64,000 nt of DNA from Candidatus Aenigmatarchaeota archaeon (GTDB taxonomy: Archaea > Aenigmatarchaeota > Aenigmatarchaeia > QMZP01). A model generated the notes under the pieces. The model made no database searches, was not told where the DNA came from, and was given only the letters and a program-made list of their open reading frames with translations. Each line of letters begins with the position of its first letter. Positions within the stretch are counted from its first letter, which is position 1. Positions 18,699-26,916 of the stretch are shown piece by piece. The DNA is taken from assembly GCA_016198585.1 (NCBI GenBank), contig JACQII010000016.1:88932-152931 (forward strand). The letters are read 5' to 3'. The position numbers and the translations under genes are program-made.

Positions 18699-21005
18699 TC
18701 AGAACCCTCCGCAGTCCGCGCACTCCGAGCATTCGCCCGGATCGCAGACCCCGTTGTTGAGGCAGCCCGAGCAGGCATTGCCGCCGCCGAAGCCCTCACC
18801 CTCGAACCCACCGCCCTCGCCAAAGCTGCCCGGAGGCGGTCCGAATCCGTCGTCCTCGAAACCCGGCGGGGGACCGAAGTCCTGGCCCTCTCCCTGGAAT
18901 CCCTGGTCGCCACCAGGACCGCCCGGTCCGTGGCCGCCGAAGATCTGGGCCAGCTTCTGGCAGAGCGGGAAATTCCCTGGCTTGAAGCACGCCTCGGCGC
19001 AGCTCTGCTGGTCCGTGCACCCGAGCTCCTGCATGATGGTCTGGGCCTCAGGAGGGGCGGCGCTCGCGAAGTTCCCGGTGCGGATCGCGTCGGCCATCGG
19101 GCCCACGCAGTTCCACTCGTCCATGGTTTGGGGGCCGGGGCCTTCCTCGCCCACCTGCATGCCCTTGGAGAAGTCGGCGATCTTGCACTCCATGGCGAAG
19201 TCCGGCTTCTCGGTCATCACCGCTTTCATGATGCAGCGACCCTGATCGTCGACGCCTTCGAGGCGGACTTCGACATTGTCGTCCGGCTGGAACGCGGCCG
19301 GTTCGCAGATGCGGAACGCCTTCTCGAAGGCCACGAAATCGTCGGTCTCCTCGACCCGTCCCTCCTCGAAGCTGCTGACGGCCTCCTCGCTCGAACTGAG
19401 CATGACATAGAGGATGTCCTTGAGGGTGACTTCCTTGAGGTGAGCGAGACCGCGCTTGAACTCCTCGATGTCTCCGGTGGTGAGGTCGTTCAGCTGCTGG
19501 CGGAGCCGGTCCTTGATCTGGTTGACCTCGTCCTTCGCATCGGTGAACATGGACGCGACCCGCCGGAAGCGGTTCTCGTCGGCCGAGCCGACCGAGGCAT
19601 AGTAGTCGGCGAGGGCGGTCGACTTCCGGGAGAGCTCGTCGATCTCCTTGATCAGCGCCTCCAGCTTGAAAGCGATCCCGAGCAAGGCAGAGGTCTCGGG
19701 AACCTTGTCGACCTTCTTGTATTCGACCCGGTTCGGATCGCCGCGGCGGATGCATTCGGAGAATGCCATGCACCCGCGGCCATCCTGCTGGACGACCAGT
19801 TCACCGCCTTCCTTCTCGCAGTGGGCATAGGCCTCCTCGGGCAGGGAACGCTGGCAGAACGGTTCCTCTTCGCAGCGCACGATCTTGCAGCCGCTGTCAT
19901 CATAATCAGGCCGGGGATAGCGCCCTTGGTCACTGCATTCTTTCGCCTCGGCCCGCACATCCTCGCACACTTGGCCGTGCTCGATGCACTTGCCGATCTT
20001 GCAGCCACCCTCGAAGACGATCTTCCCCTCGAGGCCGAGCTCGCTGCAGGCGTGCAGCTTGGTCTCGATGGCTTCGGGAGCCGGGCACTCGGGCTGCGGG
20101 CCGAAGAAACTGCGCTGCTCCTGGAAGGCGCATTCGACGATCTCACAGCCCTGGGAGTCGGTCCTAGCCTCGGGCCGGCCGCCTTCCTCCAGGCAGCGCT
20201 TCACCCGGTCGGCCGGCACAGCTGCACAGGATGACTTCTCGTTCTCGCAGAAGACGTGGGTGTAGCCGGACTCGTCCACCTGCTTGACACATTCGCCAGG
20301 CAGCGGACACTGACAGGAGCAGAAGTTGTCCTGCTTCTCGCAGGCCACCGTGCTGCCGTCCGGGCAGGAGATCTGGTCTGGGCACGAAAGAGTAGGAGGG
20401 GCGTCGCTGCACGGGCACGGACCTTTGCACTCGATGCCCGAGCCGGCCACGTCAGCCTCGCAACTGTTGCCGTAGGTCTGGCCGTTCTTGCCGCACACCG
20501 GCTCGTAGACCTCCGGGCAATCTCCTGGACAGTCGCTCAGGCAGGTTTCTTTCTCGCCGTCCTCGCAGATCCCATTCCCGCAGGCCGACGCGCTCGTTGT
20601 GGAGGTAGAGGGTGTGCAGTCGCTCGGGCACGTCTCCTTTTCGCTGTCGCTCGCGCAGATACCATCGCCGCAGGTGATCAGCGGCCCGGTCGAGGAGCCG
20701 CCGCCTGACCCGGTGTCGGAGCCGCCGCCGGAACCACCACCCGAGGATGGGCAGGAGGGCGTGCAGGACGAGCAGGTCCCGCCGCTGCAGGCGTTCTCGC
20801 AGGAGACAGTCGTCCCGTCCGCGCAGGTGATCGTCGTGGGCGAGCAGCTCACGCCCGCGCAGGGGTCAGTCGGACAGTCTGCGGGGCAGCTCTCCTTCTC
20901 GCCATCACCGCAGCTCCCGTCACCGCAGGTCTGGGCCGCGGCCAGAGTGGGAAGTGCCAGAATCAGGACTGCCGAGAGCAGGATCAGGCCGAGGGCGGCT
21001 CTCAT
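18699..21005 (-). CDS. Large secreted cysteine-rich protein with CGDGxC-type modules and a Kazal-type domain (768 aa)
   Basis: There is a signal peptide MRAALGLILLSAVLILALPTLAAA. Repeats CGDGSCGDGEKESCPADC, CGDGICASDSEKETCPSDC and CGNGICEDGEKETCLSDC occur. The Kazal signature is CPEVYEPVCGKNGQTYGNSCEADVAGSGIEC. There is a Gly/Pro-rich acidic C-terminus. Confidence 0.7.
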   Translation of the reverse strand: MRAALGLILLSAVLILALPTLAAAQTCGDGSCGDGEKESCPADCPTDPCAGVSCSPTTITCADGTTVSCENACSGGTCSSCTPSCPSSGGGSGGGSDTGSGGGSSTGPLITCGDGICASDSEKETCPSDCTPSTSTTSASACGNGICEDGEKETCLSDCPGDCPEVYEPVCGKNGQTYGNSCEADVAGSGIECKGPCPCSDAPPTLSCPDQISCPDGSTVACEKQDNFCSCQCPLPGECVKQVDESGYTHVFCENEKSSCAAVPADRVKRCLEEGGRPEARTDSQGCEIVECAFQEQRSFFGPQPECPAPEAIETKLHACSELGLEGKIVFEGGCKIGKCIEHGQVCEDVRAEAKECSDQGRYPRPDYDDSGCKIVRCEEEPFCQRSLPEEAYAHCEKEGGELVVQQDGRGCMAFSECIRRGDPNRVEYKKVDKVPETSALLGIAFKLEALIKEIDELSRKSTALADYYASVGSADENRFRRVASMFTDAKDEVNQIKDRLRQQLNDLTTGDIEEFKRGLAHLKEVTLKDILYVMLSSSEEAVSSFEEGRVEETDDFVAFEKAFRICEPAAFQPDDNVEVRLEGVDDQGRCIMKAVMTEKPDFAMECKIADFSKGMQVGEEGPGPQTMDEWNCVGPMADAIRTGNFASAAPPEAQTIMQELGCTDQQSCAEACFKPGNFPLCQKLAQIFGGHGPGGPGGDQGFQGEGQDFGPPPGFEDDGFGPPPGSFGEGGGFEGEGFGGGNACSGCLNNGVCDPGECSECADCGGF

Positions 21006-21019
21006 GCCATATACTATTG

Positions 21020-21087
21020 CCGCGTTTCCTTATATAGCCGGTGAGATCGACCCGCAGGGCATTTATGTCCTTCTGCCGAGTAAGCGC
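21020..21087. promoter_or_regulatory. Divergent promoter region with the palindromic TATA 'CTTATATAG' (21029-21038)
   Basis: It lies 24-33 nt upstream of the minus-strand ATG (21005) and about 50 nt upstream of the plus ATG 21088. Confidence 0.4.
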
Positions 21088-22407
21088 ATGACCCCGGCCC
21101 AGATCCTCGCGTACTATGCGCGGGAGGACGTGCAGCAGGCCCTGGTGGACGCGGGCCGCGACCGGGAGGTGGTGGGCGTCTTCAAGACCGGCGCCTTCGG
21201 CACGCGGCCGAACATGCTCCTCTACCCCGGCGACGTGCTCGCGCAGGCGCGCGCGGGCGCGATCGAGTTCCACTGCTCGCTCGAGCGCTGGGAACGGCCG
21301 ATGCTGCTCCAGACCGAGGAGCGGAAGGGCTTTGACCTGGTCTTCGACCTGGACGGCAAGGACGTCGAGCACGGGAAAGCAGCTGCGCAGGCGCTGGTCA
21401 CCGCTCTGGAGCGGCATGGCATCCGCCATGTCTCGGTGAAGTTCTCCGGGAACCGGGGGTTCCACCTTGGGATTCCCTGGGAGTCCATCCCCAAGGAGGT
21501 CGGCCTGGTGCCGACAGCCCGGCTGTTCCCCGATGCTGCCAGGAAGGTCTCCCTGTACCTCCGCGAGTCGATCCGCGACGACCTGACTGCGCGCCTCCTG
21601 AAGCGCTGGACAGTCGAGCAGCTGGAGGAGATCGCCGGCAGGCCGGTCGCCACCAAGGAGGGCATCGATCCGTTCAAGGTCGTCGACATCGACCCGATCC
21701 TCATCTCCCCGCGCCACCTCTACCGCATGCCCTACTCCTTGAACAAGAAGTCGTTCCTGGTCTCGCTCCCGTTGCGGGCGCGCGACCTCGAGGGGTTCGA
21801 GAAGTCCCAGGCCGACCCTGCAACGGTCCAGGTCAGCGCCCGCTTCCTGGAACGAGGGGAAGAGGGCGAGGCCGACGCGCTCTTCGCGGAAGGACTGGAC
21901 TGGTTCGCGAAACGGAAGCAGGAGCAGCGCAAGCCAGGAGGGAAGCGGACCGGCCTCACGAAGAAGGTCCCGGAATCCATGTTCCCGCCCTGCATGAAGA
22001 CCATCCTCCTCGGGATCCGGGACGGCAAACGCAGGTCCGTGTTCGCGCTGGTCAACTTCCTCTCGGCCATGAAGTGGAGCTGGGAGGACATCGAAGTCGG
22101 CCTCCTCGCGTGGAACCGCAAGAACACGCCGCCACTCCAGGAGACGTACCTCACCCAGCAGCTGCGCTACTACCGGGACAAGAAGAAGTTCCCGCCCCCG
22201 AACTGCACCCAGGAAGGCTGGTACGACGCCATGGGGGTCTGCGCGCCCGACAAGGTCTGCGTCGCCCGGGAGAACATCAAGAACCCGGTCAACTACCCGT
22301 TTCGCATCCTGCGCGCCCGGGCGCGCGACGCCCGCCAGGCCCCCAAGCGGCCCACCCGCGAGCCGCAGGGGCCGCGCGCCGAGCGGGACGAGCGCGAGCC
22401 GCTCTAG
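21088..22407 (+). CDS. priS: DNA primase small subunit PriS fused to a PriL-CTD-like Cys4 (Fe-S) domain
   Basis: The AEP motifs are LVFDLDGKD (DxD), FSGNRGFHL (SGxRGxH) and VVDIDPILISPRHLYRMPYSLNKKS. The C-terminal 130 aa carry MFPPCMKTILLG...PNCTQEGWYDAMGVCAPDKVC. 'FPPCM' and four Cys are reminiscent of the PriL 4Fe-4S domain. Confidence 0.7.
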   Translation: MTPAQILAYYAREDVQQALVDAGRDREVVGVFKTGAFGTRPNMLLYPGDVLAQARAGAIEFHCSLERWERPMLLQTEERKGFDLVFDLDGKDVEHGKAAAQALVTALERHGIRHVSVKFSGNRGFHLGIPWESIPKEVGLVPTARLFPDAARKVSLYLRESIRDDLTARLLKRWTVEQLEEIAGRPVATKEGIDPFKVVDIDPILISPRHLYRMPYSLNKKSFLVSLPLRARDLEGFEKSQADPATVQVSARFLERGEEGEADALFAEGLDWFAKRKQEQRKPGGKRTGLTKKVPESMFPPCMKTILLGIRDGKRRSVFALVNFLSAMKWSWEDIEVGLLAWNRKNTPPLQETYLTQQLRYYRDKKKFPPPNCTQEGWYDAMGVCAPDKVCVARENIKNPVNYPFRILRARARDARQAPKRPTREPQGPRAERDEREPL

Positions 22408-22450
22408 TCCTTCCCCGCACCCCCGGAGGGTAGGCATTGCGAAGAAGGTT

Positions 22451-23731
22451 TCAGAGATTCCCCACGACGCGAGCAGCCTCTATCTGGTCAAGTGAAAAGT
22501 CACCTACCAAGGGCAGAGACACGACGGCATGGGTTCGCGTATCGATAATCGCCATCTTCACTGGACTACTGGTGCCGTAATAATACGCGAAGAGGGATCC
22601 ATCCTTTGACAGTGCATTGTCCTGAGACCATCCCCCCGACTGGGCTTCAAGGGGGAGGGGGAAATGCATGAACGAGCAGCTTGACACGTTGACTTCATTG
22701 AAACCGAACGAGCCTTCCGCATACGCCCGTTCACCATTCGGGCTGAAGTGGAAATAGCCGAGTTGCGTGTCAGGGATGAGCGTTTGGCAGAGTGTGGCCG
22801 CACCCTTCACCACGGTTACCATGTTGTGTGTAAGGTTCTCTACCCGGGCCATGACGAGTGTGTCCGTGCGATCACGGTGAGCGAATGTTTTGAGATAGTT
22901 GCTTCCTATGTCGATATCCGTGTACGTCAGGTTGCTATACCCGCGGCGAAGGGCAATGGTGTATGGGGGATGAAAGGAGGACTGCCCGGCGAAGCCGGAG
23001 TCCGTGATGCCCCAATAGGCGCCTGTGGTGGTCGCGGTGAGCCAGCCGATGGTGTGGAGCGTCTTGTCCGGTCCGGTCGAGAGCTCAAATCCCGCCGGTA
23101 TCTGACCGAGGGACGTGAGTGTGTCCAGGTCAATCACGTGGACCGCATTTTGGATTCCTCCTGTCAGGACGTACACCGTTGTTCCGTCCGGGGAGATGGA
23201 CATCATTGCGGACCCGGGAACGGTCAACGTGGCTGCCACGGTGTTCAGCCTAAGGGCATAGAGCAGCAAAGTCGAGGGGCTCGCGAGTGCAACGAGGTAC
23301 TTCCCATCAGGGGTGACCTCAAGCCCGATGATGGTGCCGGTGGCAGGGGGCAATGTCCCGACGAGCTGGAAGGCCCGCGTATCGATGATCGCGATTTCCC
23401 CGAACCCTTGGCTCACGTAGGCGATGTCTCGGAATGGGTGTGCCTCTACTCTGCCTATTGATCCCATGCTGGTTATTCCCGACGGAATGAAAACAGCAGA
23501 GAGGTTGGGGTCAGGATACACCACAAAGAGCCCACGCTGCCCACCCATCATTCCTGACTTGATGAAATAGGTCGGCAGATCAAATGGCGTCTTCCCCGCA
23601 AGGCCGTTGTTGGGTGAGATGCTGATGGAAGGGGGGAACATTGCGAGTGCTTTTCCCACGTGAGGGAGGGTAGACGTGACAATCAGCGCCATCGCTAAGG
23701 AGATAACGATGAATGCATAGCGGGAAACCAT
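22451..23731 (-). CDS. Membrane-anchored YVTN-type beta-propeller repeat protein
   Basis: An N-terminal anchor MVSRYAFIVISLAMALIVTS is followed by repeats such as EVTPDGKYLVALAS and ISPDGTTVYVLTGGIQNAVHVIDLDT. The GC is slightly lower than the local background. Confidence 0.6.
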   Translation of the reverse strand: MVSRYAFIVISLAMALIVTSTLPHVGKALAMFPPSISISPNNGLAGKTPFDLPTYFIKSGMMGGQRGLFVVYPDPNLSAVFIPSGITSMGSIGRVEAHPFRDIAYVSQGFGEIAIIDTRAFQLVGTLPPATGTIIGLEVTPDGKYLVALASPSTLLLYALRLNTVAATLTVPGSAMMSISPDGTTVYVLTGGIQNAVHVIDLDTLTSLGQIPAGFELSTGPDKTLHTIGWLTATTTGAYWGITDSGFAGQSSFHPPYTIALRRGYSNLTYTDIDIGSNYLKTFAHRDRTDTLVMARVENLTHNMVTVVKGAATLCQTLIPDTQLGYFHFSPNGERAYAEGSFGFNEVNVSSCSFMHFPLPLEAQSGGWSQDNALSKDGSLFAYYYGTSSPVKMAIIDTRTHAVVSLPLVGDFSLDQIEAARVVGNL

Positions 23732-23861
23732 GCAGATCTATAAGATGTTAGTTTTTTAAACCTGGACTGCAGACTTCACTTTTTTCACAATTACGCGCCC
23801 TCCTGAAGACTGCGGCAAACGGTCGCACCAGACTCCCGTCTCCAGATAAAGGCTGCGCACG

Positions 23862-24617
23862 TTAGGCCTGCGCGAGCTCCCGCGCGCGCTCCTTGACGCG
23901 GAGCGGCGGCGCCGCGGGCTCGTAGAGACGGCCAAGCAGCCAGTCTGCGTATTCGGTGAATTCGTTGAGCACCTCACCGGCTCCCCGGGCCTTCAGGCCG
24001 TACTCGACCGCCGCGCGGTCCCCGTCTGTCCCCGGCCGGCCGATGCACCGGATCGCGCCGTCGACCTGCCGCAGGAGGATGAACTCTTTCTCCTTGTCGG
24101 GAGGGGGGTTCCAGCGCCATTCGCGAAGCAGCAACGAGCGGCCATGCTCGCCGTGGCCTTCCTCGTCGGCGACCATCCCCTCGGCTGCCCCAGCATATGC
24201 CCACAGAGGACAATAGGGTGGGCTTCGTGCGGTCCTCGCAACATTGCGCAGCACGAGGAGACCCGCGTAGTCGTTCAGTGCCTGGGCCAGCAGGAACTCG
24301 ATCCAGCTCCCGGGCGGCGGGATGCCGTCCGGGCCTTTCACCATGCGCTCCACGACCCCGGGCACGATGTCCATCCTGACGTGGCCGGAGATGTAGTAAT
24401 CGCGGGCATGCGCGTATTCCCAGTCGACTCGCAAGCAGCGTTCGTAGTGCTGCATCTCCTCCACCAAGACCTGCTGCACATGTGCGCGATCCTCGGGCAA
24501 CGGGGCCATCTCCAAGACGGGCCGGTAGGCTTCCGTCGCCCAGAGCTCGCGGTAGGCGTGGCTGACCAGCATCTTCCGCTGCAGGTTCGCCATGTGCGCT
24601 ATACGCTCAGGATCCAT
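23862..24617 (-). CDS. Hypothetical protein, possibly ferritin-like diiron four-helix bundle
   Basis: E...ExxH pairs occur twice (ELWATEAYR...EEMQHYE and IEFLLAQ...ADEEGHGEH). This is inference only. The gene is divergent from the TrmB paralog at 24676. Confidence 0.35.
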   Translation of the reverse strand: MDPERIAHMANLQRKMLVSHAYRELWATEAYRPVLEMAPLPEDRAHVQQVLVEEMQHYERCLRVDWEYAHARDYYISGHVRMDIVPGVVERMVKGPDGIPPPGSWIEFLLAQALNDYAGLLVLRNVARTARSPPYCPLWAYAGAAEGMVADEEGHGEHGRSLLLREWRWNPPPDKEKEFILLRQVDGAIRCIGRPGTDGDRAAVEYGLKARGAGEVLNEFTEYADWLLGRLYEPAAPPLRVKERARELAQA

Positions 24618-24675
24618 ACTGATGGGGACGCAGCATAGCTTTTATATCTTTGTCGTCAAGAAGATAACGACAATT

Positions 24676-25398
24676 ATGGAAAATGGGCTGCGCGCGGCCG
24701 GACTGACGGAGCGGGAGGCGAAGGTCTACCTCGCGCTGCTCCGGCGGGGGCCTTCCGCCGTGCACGAGATCGCGGAGGAAGCCGGGATCTACCGGACGTA
24801 CGCATACGAGGTCCTCCGTTCGCTCCGACGGAAAGGCCTGGTCTCCTCCCTCGCAAAGGATGGGAGGCGCTGTGTTGAAGCCGCTGACCCGGAGAAACTG
24901 CTGAGCGCCATGAAGGAGCGGGAAGCCCAGGTGCGGGCAGCCATGCCCGCCCTGCGGCAACTCTCCCGCTCTCTCCCCCAGAAGCCCCGCATCGCGGTCT
25001 TCGAAGGGAAGGAGGGGCTGAGAACGATCCTCGACGACATCATCCGGACCGGCCAGGACATCATGGTCATCGGTTCCACCGCGCGGCAGTTGGAGGTCCT
25101 CCACCACTCCTTCCCGGCCTTCATACGGCAGCGGGTGAAGGCCGGCCTGCAGACGAGGGTCATCACGGAGCGATCGCGCCTCACCCTCGCGAAGCAAAGG
25201 CAAGGCCGCGCCGAACTGCGGGAGGTGCGCTTCTTCCCCCGTGACACCGACTTCCCCGTCGCCGTCAACATCTACGGGAGGAAGGTGGCGATGCTTGCGA
25301 TGGGCAGGAACCCTGTCGGCATCATCATCGAGGACGAGGGGATCGCGAAGGCCCACGCATTCATGTTCAGCATGCTCTGGGGGAGCGCAGAGAGGTAG
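24676..25398 (+). CDS. TrmB-family transcriptional regulator (third paralog)
   Basis: MENGLRAAGLTEREAKVYLALLRRGPSAVHEIAEEAGIYRTYAYEVLRSLRRKGLV is a wHTH with a C-terminal sensor domain. A TATA-like 'GCTTTTATATCTTT' lies at 24638-24651, about 25 nt upstream. Confidence 0.75.
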   Translation: MENGLRAAGLTEREAKVYLALLRRGPSAVHEIAEEAGIYRTYAYEVLRSLRRKGLVSSLAKDGRRCVEAADPEKLLSAMKEREAQVRAAMPALRQLSRSLPQKPRIAVFEGKEGLRTILDDIIRTGQDIMVIGSTARQLEVLHHSFPAFIRQRVKAGLQTRVITERSRLTLAKQRQGRAELREVRFFPRDTDFPVAVNIYGRKVAMLAMGRNPVGIIIEDEGIAKAHAFMFSMLWGSAER

Positions 25399-25435
25399 CG
25401 GAACCCCTTTTAAAGCTCCGATTCAATCCCACATC

Positions 25436-25909
25436 ATGCTCACCTACGATGTGCTGCGGTCCTTCCTGGACCAGGAGAAGGCCGCGACCGGGCTGGTGCG
25501 GCTGCCGGACGATTTCTTCGACCAGGTTGCCGCATACTTCCGCGGCAAGGCCGACCTCCAGCGGGATGCAGACGCAGCAAAGCGGCTGCTGCTGGACCTG
25601 CTCGAGGTCCGCGAGCGCAAGCTGCTGACGGCGGCCGTGTTCGCCGTCCGCTCAGGAGTGGAGCCGGACGTGCTCCCCGAGGAGAAGGCCTTCCTCTCCG
25701 CGCTCCGCGAAGCTGTCCAGACCTTCGGCGACAAGAAGAAGTTCCTCCTCGCCGGCGGCCAGGTGGAGGTCCTCCAACCGGTTCCCGCCTTCCTGGGGAC
25801 GGACCTGAAGACGTACGGCCCGCTCGAGCCCGGCCAAGTCGTCGCGCTCCCGCCCCAGGTCGCGAGCCTGCTCGTGGAGAAGGGCGCAGCGAAGCCGGCC
25901 GGCGCGTAA
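25436..25909 (+). CDS. GINS complex subunit (Gins51/Gins15-like)
   Basis: A helical A-domain (LPDDFFDQVAAYF...LLLDLLEVRERKLLTAA) is followed by a beta B-domain (VEVLQPVPAFLGTDLKTYGPLEPGQVVALPPQVASLLVEKGAA). A TATA-like 'CCCCTTTTAAAGC' lies about 20 nt upstream. Confidence 0.55.
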   Translation: MLTYDVLRSFLDQEKAATGLVRLPDDFFDQVAAYFRGKADLQRDADAAKRLLLDLLEVRERKLLTAAVFAVRSGVEPDVLPEEKAFLSALREAVQTFGDKKKFLLAGGQVEVLQPVPAFLGTDLKTYGPLEPGQVVALPPQVASLLVEKGAAKPAGA

Positions 25910-25913
25910 CCCG

Positions 25914-26315
25914 CTACGTGATCTCGTCGAGCGCGCGGTTCACGAGAGCATCAGCCCGTCGGATCATCGGATGCGTGCGCACCACGTGCCGGTAGGCGAT
26001 CGACCCGAACGACCGCTCCCGTTCCTTCAGCTCGGCATGCAGCTTCTTCAGGCCCGGGTCGCGGATCCGGTACGCTCCGGTCACCTGGCGCACGACCAGC
26101 TCGCTGTCCATGGTGCAGACGACTGAACTCCCATAGCGCCGCGCGAGCTCGAGGGCCTTCAGCAGGGCCCGGTACTCGGCCTGGTTGTTCGTCGCGCGGC
26201 CGATGCGCTCCTTGTGCTCGAGGATGATGCGGTCGCCGTCGGCGATGACGACGCCGATCGCCGCTGGGCCGGGATTGCCCCGCGATCCGCCGTCCGAGTA
26301 GGAAAAGAGGGTCAC
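25914..26315 (-). CDS. rnhA: Ribonuclease HI (type 1 RNase H)
   Basis: The motifs YSDGGSRGNPGPAAIGVV, TNNQAEYRALLKALELA and DSELVVRQ are present in a 133-aa protein. Confidence 0.85.
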   Translation of the reverse strand: MTLFSYSDGGSRGNPGPAAIGVVIADGDRIILEHKERIGRATNNQAEYRALLKALELARRYGSSVVCTMDSELVVRQVTGAYRIRDPGLKKLHAELKERERSFGSIAYRHVVRTHPMIRRADALVNRALDEIT

Positions 26316-26368
26316 AGTCTTCTGTTAGTTCCGGCGGCTTTTAAGCGTCATTTTTTTCTCTGTTCTCG

Positions 26369-26833
26369 TTAGAGGTCATGAGCAATGAGGGTGTAGACGA
26401 GTATACTCTCCGCGATCGGAGGTGCCTCGCACAGGAAGCCGACATAGGGTAGGCCGCCTTCCCCGTAGATGACGCTCCGCATCGGACACTGCATTCTCTT
26501 TTCAAGGCCTTCTTCCGAGAAGGGGGTCGCCGCTTCGCCGATCACGGTTGCGGTGGTGACATAGAACGGCTCCAAGACGCGGAAGCTCGTGTTTTGCCCG
26601 TCCGGGCACCAGCCGACGTTCCCCACTCCCTCCACGAACGTGCACTCCTCTGCCGCGATGACGACGTGCAGGACCTCGGGCTGGCTATCCAGCAGCAGCT
26701 GCAGGCTCCCGATCGCGTCCCAGAGGGAGGCAAGCTGCATCCGCACCCAGCTGTCAGGGGCGGCCTGGGCCACCGAGAGCAGGCCCGCGAAGACTATGAC
26801 CACGGCGCCAAGGACGACGAAGGTCTTGTGCAT
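26369..26833 (-). CDS. Secreted hypothetical protein (signal peptide, Cys-containing)
   Basis: MHKTFVVLGAVVIVFAGLLSVAQAAP is a signal peptide. No known motifs are present. Confidence 0.4.
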   Translation of the reverse strand: MHKTFVVLGAVVIVFAGLLSVAQAAPDSWVRMQLASLWDAIGSLQLLLDSQPEVLHVVIAAEECTFVEGVGNVGWCPDGQNTSFRVLEPFYVTTATVIGEAATPFSEEGLEKRMQCPMRSVIYGEGGLPYVGFLCEAPPIAESILVYTLIAHDL

Positions 26834-26916
26834 ACTCCTCCTGGGAAACTGGATTTAAAAGCCTGGATGTCAGAGGGGAGGGGCAATGGTTTTAATTCTT
26901 TAAGCCAATTGTTGGC

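Noticed and set aside
20599-21087. Upstream extension of the priS ORF (ORF-track start 20599; an ATG is also seen at 21004)
   Set aside because: The extension would overlap the divergent Cys-rich gene's start codon and leave no promoter. A TATA box at 21029-21038 and the first post-stop ATG at 21088 give a sensible start (MTPAQILAYY...).
23756-23977. 73-aa minus-strand ORF between the YVTN gene and the ferritin-like gene
   Set aside because: It is an Arg/Ser-rich low-complexity translation overlapping the promoter region and 3' end of the neighbouring gene. No coding signal is present.
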